Positions 37,006 through 45,995 of a stretch of DNA of 64,000 bases are shown in pieces (the stretch's first letter is position 1; the number at the start of each line of letters is the position of its first letter). The notes below the pieces were generated by a model that did not search any database, was not told where the DNA came from, and worked only from the letters and a program-made list of their open reading frames with translations. The stretch spans positions 267,184 to 331,183 of the forward strand of contig JBBABB010000001.1 of the NCBI GenBank assembly GCA_041657885.1, in the 5' to 3' direction. The DNA is from Minisyncoccota bacterium (GTDB taxonomy: Bacteria; Patescibacteriota; Minisyncoccia; Phycocordibacterales; UBA9973). Both the position numbers and the translations under genes were made by a program.

Positions 37006-37935
37006 ATGAATAAAATCATTGTTATACTCGGCCAAACCTCTACTGGAAAGAGTGATTTTGCAGTAGAAGTAGCAAAAAATATAAATGGCGAAATAATTTC
37101 AGCAGATTCAAGACAAGTTTATAAAGGTATGAATTTAGGAACTGGTAAAATTACAAAAAAAGAAATGTGGGGTATACCGCATTATTTACTTGATATCACT
37201 TCCCCCTCACGAGTTTTTTCCGTTAGTGATTTCCAAAAATTGGCAAACAAAAAAATAAAAGAAATTTTAGAAAAAGGTAAAACTCCCATAATTTGTGGTG
37301 GTACAGGATTTTATATTGATTCCATCATAAATAGAACAATTTTCCCTGAAGTTCCACCAAATAAAAAACTCCGAGAAATTCTCGAGAGAAAAACCACAGA
37401 AAAACTTTTGGAAATATTAAAAAAAATAGATAAAAATCGCGCCCAAAATATTGACCAAAAAAATAGAATTCGCCTGATTCGTGCAATTGAAATAGTAAAA
37501 ACTCTCGGCAAGGTCCCAAGTCTTTCCCCTAGGCCGTGCCTAGGGGAAGATAAATATTTAAAAATTGGACTCACTATGCCACCTGAAGTTTTGAAAGAAA
37601 GAATCAAGACTCGTTTACTCATACGCATTAAAAAAGGTATGATAAAAGAAGTTGAAAATTTACACAATCAAGGCGTGTCTTGGAAACGAATGAATGCTCT
37701 TGGGCTTGAATATCGATACGTTAGTAATTATTTAAAAGATAGCAAAACCATGCCTCCGCTAAAGCTTCGGCAGGCGAAGAAAGAAATGATTGAAAAATTA
37801 AATACCGAGATTTGGCATTACGCTAAACGTCAAAAGACATGGTTTAAAAGAGATTTTAACACAATTTGGATAGACCCAAGAAAAAAGAGTGAGAAAAATA
37901 AAGCTCTAAAAGAGATAAAGAGATTTTTAAAATAG
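37006..37935 (+). CDS. miaA: tRNA dimethylallyltransferase MiaA (contains two in-frame GC-rich palindromes)
   Basis: The P-loop ILGQTSTGKSDFAVEVAK and the IPT-family motif SADSRQVYKGMNLGTGKI match MiaA. In-frame repeats lie at 37527-37547 (SPRPCLGE) and about 37751-37776. Confidence 0.8.
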   Translation: MNKIIVILGQTSTGKSDFAVEVAKNINGEIISADSRQVYKGMNLGTGKITKKEMWGIPHYLLDITSPSRVFSVSDFQKLANKKIKEILEKGKTPIICGGTGFYIDSIINRTIFPEVPPNKKLREILERKTTEKLLEILKKIDKNRAQNIDQKNRIRLIRAIEIVKTLGKVPSLSPRPCLGEDKYLKIGLTMPPEVLKERIKTRLLIRIKKGMIKEVENLHNQGVSWKRMNALGLEYRYVSNYLKDSKTMPPLKLRQAKKEMIEKLNTEIWHYAKRQKTWFKRDFNTIWIDPRKKSEKNKALKEIKRFLK

Positions 37936-37938
37936 AGA

Positions 37939-38277
37939 CTAATAATACAAAATGAATAAATAAACAGCAAATGGAATAATCCAAGACAACCAATCAAGTA
38001 TTCCATTTAGTAATTTCTGATTATATTTTTTAGGATGTAAATAAAATTCTTGATAAGTTATCCAAATGACTAAGAGGATAAAAACAATAATTGGTACATT
38101 TATATATACATAAAAATATAAAATGTGTGAAAGAATTATCAACAGTAATGATCCAATAATATGAAAAATCTCCCTAAAAAACTTACAAGGGAAAAATAAA
38201 AAACCATCTACTATTTTTGGTTTAAGTTGAGGAAATACTTTATCTGGTATTCTATCTAAATAATCTAAAAATAACAT
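37939..38277 (-). CDS. Hypothetical integral membrane protein
   Basis: The 112 aa protein has 3 predicted TM helices. Confidence 0.35.
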   Translation of the reverse strand: MLFLDYLDRIPDKVFPQLKPKIVDGFLFFPCKFFREIFHIIGSLLLIILSHILYFYVYINVPIIVFILLVIWITYQEFYLHPKKYNQKLLNGILDWLSWIIPFAVYLFILYY

Positions 38278-38361
38278 TATAATTATTCTAAACTACTGCG
38301 GGCAGTGTGGTTGGCTGTTGGAACTAGTTTGTTGAGAAATAAGAACATAATAGATTTTTAA

Positions 38362-38862
38362 TTACTTATTAGGTTTTGAGTTAAAAGGATAAAGGTTAAA
38401 AAAATCATTCATGAGTTTAATAAAAGCAATATGGTCATCTTCTAAGTCCCATTTAAGGTCTCCCGACACTATATGATTATTCATTAATGAAGTTGTAATT
38501 TTAATATTAGTTCCTGGTGGTGCAGAAATTGTTCCTGATGGTAGGCTAGCTATATCTATTGATTGCATATTTTCTAAATCTACTCCGTGCTCAAAGTCGT
38601 CTCGTATTTTAATTTTCTTTATTAAAGAGGTGTTTTTACCTTTAAGATTTGCTATGCGAGAATCGTAAGTAGCTACATCTTCTAATTGTCTAAATAATCT
38701 ACGTAGAAGTATTACATAAAAATCTACATCGTGAATTGGTGAAACTTTTTTCTTCCTAAATTCTTCGTGAGAAGTATTTAAAATACGTTCGCGTTGAAAT
38801 TCTAAACTATTTAGTTTTGATTTTATGTCATGTTGAAACAACATTTTATCTCTGTCATACAT
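38362..38862 (-). CDS. Hypothetical protein
   Basis: The 166 aa soluble ORF shows coding-like periodicity. I recognise no family. Confidence 0.35.
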   Translation of the reverse strand: MYDRDKMLFQHDIKSKLNSLEFQRERILNTSHEEFRKKKVSPIHDVDFYVILLRRLFRQLEDVATYDSRIANLKGKNTSLIKKIKIRDDFEHGVDLENMQSIDIASLPSGTISAPPGTNIKITTSLMNNHIVSGDLKWDLEDDHIAFIKLMNDFFNLYPFNSKPNK

Positions 38863-38873
38863 ATATTTTTTTG

Positions 38874-38944
38874 CGGGCGATGGAGGAATTGAACCCCCGC
38901 CAATTCTTTTGGAGAGAATTGTACTACCACTATACTAATCGCCC
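38874..38944 (-). tRNA. tRNA-Trp (anticodon CCA)
   Basis: The minus-strand read GGGCGATTAGTATAGTGGTAGTACAATTCTCTCCAAAAGAATTGGCGGGGGTTCAATTCCTCCATCGCCCG folds as a cloverleaf with anticodon loop CTCCAAA. Confidence 0.75.
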
Positions 38945-38967
38945 TAGAACGCTTGGATTATAACACA

Positions 38968-38995
38968 AAATTAACAAAAATAAAAATCCCATTTG
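38968..38995 (-). terminator. Hairpin terminator between rpmG and tRNA-Trp
   Basis: aaaaatcccatttgggattttt is a palindromic stem flanked by A and T tracts on both strands. Confidence 0.55.
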
Positions 38996-39001
38996 GGATT
39001 T

Positions 39002-39160
39002 TTATTTTTTGGACTCTTTATGTTTAGTGTTCTTTTTACACCATTTGCAATACTTCTTAAGCTCAATCTTTTTAGTGACGAGTTTCTTGTTCTTGCTTGA
39101 CCAATAATTTGTGCGCTTACAGGTAGTGCAAGCCAATCTAAATAATCTATCTTGTGACAT
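39002..39160 (-). CDS. rpmG: 50S ribosomal protein L33 (below the 60-aa cutoff of the ORF track)
   Basis: The minus strand translates to MSQDRLFRLACTTCKRTNYWSSKNKKLVTKKIELKKYCKWCKKNTKHKESKK. This has the L33 zinc-ribbon pattern C-x2-C ... LELKKYC-x2-C-x3-T-x-HKE and lies in the conserved rpmG/tRNA-Trp neighbourhood. Confidence 0.8.
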   Translation of the reverse strand: MSQDRLFRLACTTCKRTNYWSSKNKKLVTKKIELKKYCKWCKKNTKHKESKK

Positions 39161-39289
39161 AGTGGTTATACAATACTATAAAAGACCCCAAAATGCAAGA
39201 GAAAAACAGCAGGAATTTATTTTCAAATTATTGACTTAACTAATTTTATGTGTTAAATTTACGAAAACTGTTAAAAGAAAGGATCACAA

Positions 39290-39907
39290 ATGAAAGAAAT
39301 CTGTGTTTGGGCTGTGGGCTTCGTAATGTTATTGTTTTCCTTGAGATATATCTATCTCATCAAGAAACAAAAGATTAGCCCCGCCCTCTCAACTTGGGTT
39401 GTCTTTCTTTTGGGGACGATCTTGAGTTTGGTAACTTATGCCATCGCCGAAGATCATGATTTTCGGTCAGGTATTTTAAACACCGTAGATGTTGCTTCTG
39501 TCTCTATTATCATAATCGCTATTATAATTTATAGGGATAAAAATAGAAAAATTAAACCCTTTGATAGATGGTATATGATAGGTATAGGATTAATTGTTCT
39601 GTATGGTTTTCTTTCTAAGGATGCGTGGAATTCAAATATTTTCACCCAGATATTGATTGGAGTTGGATACATACCAACTTTCCAAAAATTAATATCAGAA
39701 AAGAAAAATACGGAATCCTTTTCAACTTGGAGCTTGAGCATTTTGTCAGGTGTGATTGCTTTTTACCCCGCGATAGTAGATGGTAATTCTTTGGCGATAA
39801 TTTACGCCACCCGTGCCATTATTATTGTCTCTCTTTTGATGTTAACTATGCTCTACTTTGAAATTTATTCAAAAAGGAAATTGGTTAATTCAAAAAAAAT
39901 AAACTGA
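39290..39907 (+). CDS. Hypothetical integral membrane protein
   Basis: The 205 aa protein has about 6 TM helices. Confidence 0.4.
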   Translation: MKEICVWAVGFVMLLFSLRYIYLIKKQKISPALSTWVVFLLGTILSLVTYAIAEDHDFRSGILNTVDVASVSIIIIAIIIYRDKNRKIKPFDRWYMIGIGLIVLYGFLSKDAWNSNIFTQILIGVGYIPTFQKLISEKKNTESFSTWSLSILSGVIAFYPAIVDGNSLAIIYATRAIIIVSLLMLTMLYFEIYSKRKLVNSKKIN

Positions 39908-39935
39908 GCCATTAAAATTTTAGTGGCTTTTGTTT

Positions 39936-41099
39936 TTATTTAATAACTCTTGGCAAAAGAGCACTTATCCTTGTTGTTGCTTCATAATTTATCGTTCCTG
40001 ACTCCTTAGCAATTTGTTCAGCAGTAATTTCATTTTTACCCCGCCTGCTCCCTCGTGAGGGCGGGCAGGCCTGTTTTCCTAAAATTACGACTTCATCCTC
40101 TGGCAACACATCTTTAATATGAGAAATATCAACTACAATCATATTCATAGCAACTCTCCCCAAAATTTTTGCTCTCTTACCTTTTACTAAAACTTCCCCA
40201 GTATTTGAAAGCAGACGTGGAATACCATCAGCATAACCCTGTGGAATTACTGCTATCTTGGTCGTTTTCTTTGTTATATATGTAAGCCCATAACCGATTG
40301 GATGATTCGCGGGGAGAACTTTAATCTGAGCTACGTGTGTCACCCATTTCAAAACTGGTTTCAAAATTATTTTCTTTTTATTTAAATATTCTAAATGTTC
40401 ACTTGGCCACATTCCATAAAGCCCGATACCAAGTCGAACAATATTGTGTAAGCTATTTCCTTTTTCATAAACTAGAATTCCAGAAGTTGCTGAAATGTGG
40501 GTTTTAATATTTTCAAAACTATTTTTTCTAAAAATTTCTACACATTTATGATACATATCTATTTGTTTCTGTGCGTAGGTGAAATTCATGGTGTCTTCAA
40601 TATTTGCAAAATGAGAATAAATTCCATCGAGTTCTATATTCTTCAACTTTTTGAGTTCAACAATAAAATTATCAATCTGGCTTGGCATTATTCCTTCTCT
40701 ACCAAGACAAGAATCAATAGCAACATGTACTTTGACTTTCATTTTTAAACTCCCAGCAATAAAATTTATTTTCAATAAATGAATCAAATCAAAAGCAGAT
40801 ATTATCGCTTTTGATTTTATGGCTCTTTTTATACCATCTCCATTCAAATAACCAAATACCAAAACGGGTTTATTTGTAACCTTTCCAACTCTTTCAAATT
40901 CTTCAATACTATTTACTTGGAAATAATCTGTATAAGGAGCAATAATTTTCGTCACCTCAACATCCCCATGCCCGTAAGCATTTGCTTTTATAACAGAAGC
41001 AATCTTTGTACCGTTTTTCAGTAATCCTCGAAACTGCTTGATATTATGTATCAAGTTTTCTTTTGAAATCTCTATATATGAAAGTGGTAAATTTTGCAT
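39936..41099 (-). CDS. alr: Alanine racemase with an in-frame family A palindrome insertion. Its start is revised to the internal Met because the longer ORF overlaps tRNA-Leu.
   Basis: ASVIKANAYGHGDVEV contains the PLP-lysine motif and the fold is Alr-like. QACPPSRGSRRGKNEI is encoded by ccccgcctgctccctcgtgagggcgggcagg at 40039-40069. The track ORF 39936-41177 would overlap the tRNA at 41102-41183. Confidence 0.75.
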   Translation of the reverse strand: MQNLPLSYIEISKENLIHNIKQFRGLLKNGTKIASVIKANAYGHGDVEVTKIIAPYTDYFQVNSIEEFERVGKVTNKPVLVFGYLNGDGIKRAIKSKAIISAFDLIHLLKINFIAGSLKMKVKVHVAIDSCLGREGIMPSQIDNFIVELKKLKNIELDGIYSHFANIEDTMNFTYAQKQIDMYHKCVEIFRKNSFENIKTHISATSGILVYEKGNSLHNIVRLGIGLYGMWPSEHLEYLNKKKIILKPVLKWVTHVAQIKVLPANHPIGYGLTYITKKTTKIAVIPQGYADGIPRLLSNTGEVLVKGKRAKILGRVAMNMIVVDISHIKDVLPEDEVVILGKQACPPSRGSRRGKNEITAEQIAKESGTINYEATTRISALLPRVIK

Positions 41100-41101
41100 T
41101 G

Positions 41102-41183
41102 TGCCGGAGGAGAGAATCGAACTCTCACCCCTTACGAGACACGATTTTGAGTCGTGCGCGTCTACCAATTCCGCCACTCCGGC
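41102..41183 (-). tRNA. tRNA-Leu (anticodon CAA), type II with a long variable arm
   Basis: The minus-strand read GCCGGAGTGGCGGAATTGGTAGACGCGCACGACTCAAAATCGTGTCTCGTAAGGGGTGAGAGTTCGATTCTCTCCTCCGGCA has anticodon loop CTCAAAA and T-loop TTCGATT. Confidence 0.8.
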
Positions 41184-41220
41184 AATAGAAGTAGTATACT
41201 AAAAATCTATTTAAAATCAA

Positions 41221-42384
41221 TTATATTATCTCCGGTTCTTGCTCTAGTGTTATCCCAAATTTTTGCTCAACTATTTTTATTATTTCATTTCTAGCATTTA
41301 TAAGATCTTCTTTTGTAGCATTTCCGTTGTTTACCAAGACAAGGGCATTCTTGTCATAGACAGAAACATTACCAAATGACTTCCCTTTTAATCCTGCATT
41401 TTCAATGAGCCAACCAGCGGGAATTTTTACTAGGTCTTGCCTAGTCGTTTCCAGTGGAAAAAATTTAGCATTTGGGAAATCTGCTTTAATTTTATCGGCT
41501 ACACTATTTGAAACAATAGGATTCTTGAAAAATGAACCGACATTTGGAATTTCTTTTGGGTTTGGTAATTTTTCTTTACGAATTTCAATAATTGCTTCGC
41601 GAATTTGTTTTAAATTAGGATTCTCTATTTTGTGTTCTTCGAAATATTTTGAGACGCCAGGATATCCTAATGCTGGAGAAAGGTTTTTTTCTCCTCCTTG
41701 TTGAGGAGGAGTGCCCTTTGGGGCGAGGTGGTGACTAATTAATTCTAAATCACCACCCCCTACCCCCTCCTCCAAAAGGAGGGGAGGAACTTTATTAAGT
41801 CTATATGTTACAGCGGTTATTATGTATTTCCCTTTATCTTCATTTTTGAAAATACTATCACGGTACCCAAATTTACAATCTTTATTTGAAATAGTTTTAA
41901 TTTTATTTTCTTTGATATCAAAAACCTCCACTTCCAAAATGGTATCTTTAACTTCTACTCCATAAGCCCCGACATTTTGGACTGGCGTTGCTCCAACTGT
42001 TCCAGGAATTGCCGAAAGTGCCTCTAATCCTTGCAGATTCATTTCAACAGTTTTCTCTACAATTTTGTCCCAAATCTCGCCAGCTCCAACTTTTATATCT
42101 GCATATTTTTCCGTTTCGTTCCCGCCTGCTCCCTTGTGAGGGCGGGCAGGTATTATTTCAAAACCTTTAATTTCTATTTTTATAGCAAACACATCAATAA
42201 TTCCATCCGAAAATACAATATTTGAACCCCCGCCTAATATAAAAATTGGGGTATTTTTTTCTCTTGCCATTAAATAAACATTTCCTAGCTCATCTTTTTT
42301 ATCAATTTTTACAAAATAGCGAAATTGCCCTCCTATATGTAGTGATGAATAATCCCGGATATCTACGTATTCTTGTATTTTCAT
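41221..42384 (-). CDS. murB: UDP-N-acetylenolpyruvoylglucosamine reductase MurB with two in-frame GC-rich palindromic insertions
   Basis: It has an FAD-binding domain (ILGGGSNIVF) and a MurB C-terminal domain. Inserts occur at ARPHKGAGGNETEK (family A, 42111-42140) and VPPLLLEEGVGGGDLELISHHLAPKGTPPQQGGEK (41690-41790). Confidence 0.8.
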   Translation of the reverse strand: MKIQEYVDIRDYSSLHIGGQFRYFVKIDKKDELGNVYLMAREKNTPIFILGGGSNIVFSDGIIDVFAIKIEIKGFEIIPARPHKGAGGNETEKYADIKVGAGEIWDKIVEKTVEMNLQGLEALSAIPGTVGATPVQNVGAYGVEVKDTILEVEVFDIKENKIKTISNKDCKFGYRDSIFKNEDKGKYIITAVTYRLNKVPPLLLEEGVGGGDLELISHHLAPKGTPPQQGGEKNLSPALGYPGVSKYFEEHKIENPNLKQIREAIIEIRKEKLPNPKEIPNVGSFFKNPIVSNSVADKIKADFPNAKFFPLETTRQDLVKIPAGWLIENAGLKGKSFGNVSVYDKNALVLVNNGNATKEDLINARNEIIKIVEQKFGITLEQEPEII

Positions 42385-42425
42385 ATTACTTGCAATTATA
42401 TCATATATGAGATAAAATAGTAAGT

Positions 42426-43940
42426 ATGAAAAAAGAACAAACCGAGCAACAAAAAATTGGGTATTTTATTAAGGAATTGAGAGAAAGCCGTGGTATGACT
42501 CAAGAAGCATTTGCGAAAGCACTGGAGACATCGCAAAGCTCTATTCCCCGCATGGAAAAGGGTGAGCAAAATTTCACAACTGAATTATTATTAAAAATAA
42601 GTAAAGTCCTAGACCATCAGGTTGTCTGCATAAATGATTCAATAGATTTTCAAGTACACGGCGGGAAAAAGTTAAGCGGAAGTATCAAAACAAATTTTTC
42701 TAAGAATGGTTCTGTTGGGCTTCTTTGTGCTTCACTACTCAACAAAGGGATAACAACCCTTCACGGCATCGCGCGCATCGAAGAAGTTAATCGTGTAATT
42801 GAAATCCTTGAAAGTATTGGAGTTCAAACAAAATGGGTTGGTCCAAATTCTCTTCAGCTTAATCCACCTAAACAACTAGCTTTAGAAAAAATAAATGTTG
42901 AATCTGCAGTTAAAACTCGTTCTATTGTAATGCTCATGGGTCCGCTCATACATTTATTCCCCACTTTTAAACTTCCTCACGCTCAAGGATGCAACCTTGG
43001 TAAACGCACTATCGCTGCTCACACTTATGCCCTTGAAGATTTAGGCGTAAAGATAAAGACAACTGCAACAAATTATGAAATAGAGTCCAAGAAATTAAAG
43101 CCTGGAAATATTGTCATGTATGAATCCGGAGATACTGCTTGCGAAAATGTCCTCACCGCTGCGTCAAAAATTGATGGAATCACAACTATTAGTTTCGCCA
43201 GTGCCAACTATATGGTTCAGGAAGTTTGTTTTTTCCTTGAAACACTTGGAGTAAAGATTGACGGCATTGGTACCTCTACTCTCGTTGTCCACGGAATAAA
43301 AGAAATTAATAAAAATATTGAATACTGGAATAGTGAAGACCCTATTGAATCAATGATGTTCATATCTGCAGCGGTTATCACTGACTCAGAACTCGTAATC
43401 ACCCGTTGCCCTATTGATTTCCTTTCGCTTGAATTAGAAAAAATGAAAAGAATGGGATTAAAATATAAAATATTGAAAAGATATCTCTCGTACAATGGAC
43501 GAACAAAATTAGCTGACATTAAAATACTACCTGGTAAATTAGTTGCTCTTGCTGACAAAATTTCTACAAATCCATACCCTGGAATAAATATTGATAATTT
43601 GCCATTTTTCGTACCTATTGCAATAAAAGCAAAAGGTCAGACCATGATTCACGACTGGGTCTACGAGAACCGCGCTATTTACTTCACAGAACTTAATCGT
43701 CTTGGAGCCAATGTCACTCTCGCTGATCCGCATCGGGTTTATATTCAAGGTGGTACACCATTAAAACCTGCTCAAGTCGTTTGTCCTCCTGCGCTTCGTC
43801 CATCTATGGTAATACTCGTCTCAATGCTTGCCGCTCCTGGTACTTCAATCTTGCGTAATGTCTATATGATTAATCGTGGTTATGAAGAAATAGCCGAACG
43901 TCTAAACTCTATTGGCGCTGATATTAAAATTTTGAAATAA
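42426..43940 (+). CDS. murA: UDP-N-acetylglucosamine 1-carboxyvinyltransferase (MurA/EPT family) fused to an N-terminal XRE-type helix-turn-helix domain
   Basis: Residues 10-65, IGYFIKELRESRGMTQEAFAKALETSQSSIPRMEKGEQNFTTELLLKISKVL, form a Cro/C1-type HTH. The remaining roughly 430 aa match MurA (KLSGSIKTNFSKNGSVGLLCASLL, active-site loop KLPHAQGCNLGKRTIAAH). Confidence 0.7.
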   Translation: MKKEQTEQQKIGYFIKELRESRGMTQEAFAKALETSQSSIPRMEKGEQNFTTELLLKISKVLDHQVVCINDSIDFQVHGGKKLSGSIKTNFSKNGSVGLLCASLLNKGITTLHGIARIEEVNRVIEILESIGVQTKWVGPNSLQLNPPKQLALEKINVESAVKTRSIVMLMGPLIHLFPTFKLPHAQGCNLGKRTIAAHTYALEDLGVKIKTTATNYEIESKKLKPGNIVMYESGDTACENVLTAASKIDGITTISFASANYMVQEVCFFLETLGVKIDGIGTSTLVVHGIKEINKNIEYWNSEDPIESMMFISAAVITDSELVITRCPIDFLSLELEKMKRMGLKYKILKRYLSYNGRTKLADIKILPGKLVALADKISTNPYPGINIDNLPFFVPIAIKAKGQTMIHDWVYENRAIYFTELNRLGANVTLADPHRVYIQGGTPLKPAQVVCPPALRPSMVILVSMLAAPGTSILRNVYMINRGYEEIAERLNSIGADIKILK

Positions 43941-44023
43941 AAAACCACAACACATTTTATTCATTTTCACAGGTCAGACCTGTGACTGTGAGAACTCAAG
44001 AAAAATGCTAAAATGTATATGTA

Positions 44024-44596
44024 ATGACGAAACGAGAACAATTGGATAAATTAAATATTTACTGGCAGGAGAACTGCAAGTGCGAACTGCGAAAAACAGC
44101 AACTCAAGCGGTTTTTGGTGATGGAAATGCGGAAAGTGATATCGTATTTATCGGAGAAGCTCCGGGGAAAAATGAAGATATTAAGGGAAGACCATTTGTT
44201 GGAGCTGCAGGAAAATTCTTAGAAGAAATGCTTGAAGGTATTGGAAAAAATCGTAGTGATATTTATATTACAAATATTGTAAAATATCGCCCGCCAAATA
44301 ATCGCGACCCAGAACCAGAAGAAAAAGAAGCTTGCAACGAATGGCTTATAAATGAACTCAAAATAATTTCTCCAAAATTAATTGTCTTTCTCGGAAGACA
44401 TTCAATGACACGGTTTTTCCCTACGGAAAAAATCTCTGAAATTCACGGGAAGCTTTTAATAAAAACTATCCCCGAACTTGGCAGACAAGCATTTCTTCCA
44501 CTTTATCATCCTGCCGCCGCTTTATATAACGGAGACATGAGGGAAAAATTAATCAAAGACTTCAAAAAAATTCCAAAAGCCCTAGAGAAAATTTGA
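44024..44596 (+). CDS. Uracil-DNA glycosylase, family 4 (Fe-S type)
   Basis: The 190 aa protein has GEAPG and a Cys cluster (CKCEL...C) at the N-terminus, followed by FVGAAGKFL and HP.A motifs typical of UDG family 4. Confidence 0.8.
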   Translation: MTKREQLDKLNIYWQENCKCELRKTATQAVFGDGNAESDIVFIGEAPGKNEDIKGRPFVGAAGKFLEEMLEGIGKNRSDIYITNIVKYRPPNNRDPEPEEKEACNEWLINELKIISPKLIVFLGRHSMTRFFPTEKISEIHGKLLIKTIPELGRQAFLPLYHPAAALYNGDMREKLIKDFKKIPKALEKI

Positions 44597-45985
44597 TTAT
44601 TCAATTATTGTCATATCTTCGACCCTGATTCCTTTTTCTATATAATCTTCCACACTATTTTTCTTTTTTATGAGTAAAAAGGAAGCTACTCCTATGCCAA
44701 TAACCACCAAAAGGCCGATAATTGGGTAAATTGATTTTGGGATATTAGAACCAGATTCTCCGGCACTTGCGCCAAGGTCATTTAAATTTATTACCTGTGA
44801 GTCTTGTGATAAATCATCATCTAGCGAACTACTGTCCGCTTGAATTGGATTGATATATGATACTACTTTGCTTACTGACGAAACTCTCGATGTTAACTTT
44901 TTTGTTTCTGTTGGATAAGTAGCAGTTATCTCTTTGTTCGGGTCTGTGATAACAACCGAGGCGATATCCCCACCCACAAAACCAGTTATCTTCGGCGATA
45001 ATTTTATTTTTTTATTTGGTAAAAGAGTTGTTTCCTCTGGAATTATAAAATAATGCGTTCCGGCCGTGACAATCCAATTTGAAAGAATTATTTCAGAACT
45101 TGATTTATTCTCAATTTCTATATATGGGTCTGATGCGCTTCCAACTGAGCTTATGAAAATTTCGGACGGAATAACTTTTATTGTAATCCTATTTGTAGCA
45201 TCAGCTATTTGACTAAAAGTGCTATCAAAATACGAAAGTGTTAAGGCGTATTCTCCAGGATACTCATATATGTATTCAAAGGAGCTAGAATCTCCAACCT
45301 TTCTCACCATCCCATCGCCGAAATTCCAAACAAAGTTACCAACAGTGTAGGTCTCTCCTCTGTTGGTAGTAGTCAGTGAACTAAGTAAAAAAGGAATTCC
45401 AGCTGTAATAATCTTTGGCGATATAATTTTGGTTGTTATTTTTAGAATTTCAGGATTGTTTTTAACAAGAGGAGTAGGGTCAATGTTTTCGTCTGTTGTA
45501 TCACTAGTATTTTCATCTAGTGAATTATTTGATGAATCAGAATTAGGTAAATTTTTTGTTGGATCTTGATTTGTTATCCATTTGCCAGATATTAAAACCC
45601 CAGACTTATCTTTTGCAGGAGCCTTAATAATTCCATCTGTACCATAGATTACCGAATCAATTGTATTAGATGAGTTATCTTTTAGAATAATTGTATCCCC
45701 ATCATTATTGAGCCAACTTTTAGAATTTTCAAAAACAATAAATCCATTTGCAGATATTGTTCCATTTAAAATTAGGTCATCTGTCACTTTGTCGTTACCA
45801 TCAACCAATTTCCATCCATTAAGAACGATTGGACTTCCTGTTGTATTTAATAATTCAATCCATTCAATTCCGTCGGTTGGGCTAGATACAAATTCATTAA
45901 TAATTACATTTGCATGCGCTAAATTTATCCAAGAGAAAAATACTACTAGCAAAATTATATAATGTTTAATTATTTTTGGTGTCAT
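44597..45985 (-). CDS. Secreted lamin-tail-domain (LTD) protein with C-terminal membrane anchor
   Basis: It has a signal peptide, an N-terminal LTD signature (ANVIINEFVSSPTDGIEWIELLN), a Ser/Asp-rich linker and a C-terminal TM helix followed by KKKN. Confidence 0.5.
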   Translation of the reverse strand: MTPKIIKHYIILLVVFFSWINLAHANVIINEFVSSPTDGIEWIELLNTTGSPIVLNGWKLVDGNDKVTDDLILNGTISANGFIVFENSKSWLNNDGDTIILKDNSSNTIDSVIYGTDGIIKAPAKDKSGVLISGKWITNQDPTKNLPNSDSSNNSLDENTSDTTDENIDPTPLVKNNPEILKITTKIISPKIITAGIPFLLSSLTTTNRGETYTVGNFVWNFGDGMVRKVGDSSSFEYIYEYPGEYALTLSYFDSTFSQIADATNRITIKVIPSEIFISSVGSASDPYIEIENKSSSEIILSNWIVTAGTHYFIIPEETTLLPNKKIKLSPKITGFVGGDIASVVITDPNKEITATYPTETKKLTSRVSSVSKVVSYINPIQADSSSLDDDLSQDSQVINLNDLGASAGESGSNIPKSIYPIIGLLVVIGIGVASFLLIKKKNSVEDYIEKGIRVEDMTIIE

Positions 45986-45995
45986 AACAATAAAT

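Noticed and set aside
41100-41177. The 26-aa N-terminal extension (MAELVDAHDSKSCLVRGESSILSSGT) of the alanine racemase track ORF
   Set aside because: This stretch is the tRNA-Leu(CAA) gene read in the antisense frame (41102-41183). The true start is most likely the internal Met at 41097-41099.
9235-42384. The GC-rich islands inside genes, considered as assembly chimeras or horizontally acquired gene fragments
   Set aside because: The same short sequences recur as defined families, keep the reading frame every time and have palindromic structure. This is the signature of small mobile repeats and not of chimeric joins. Read-level validation is still advisable.
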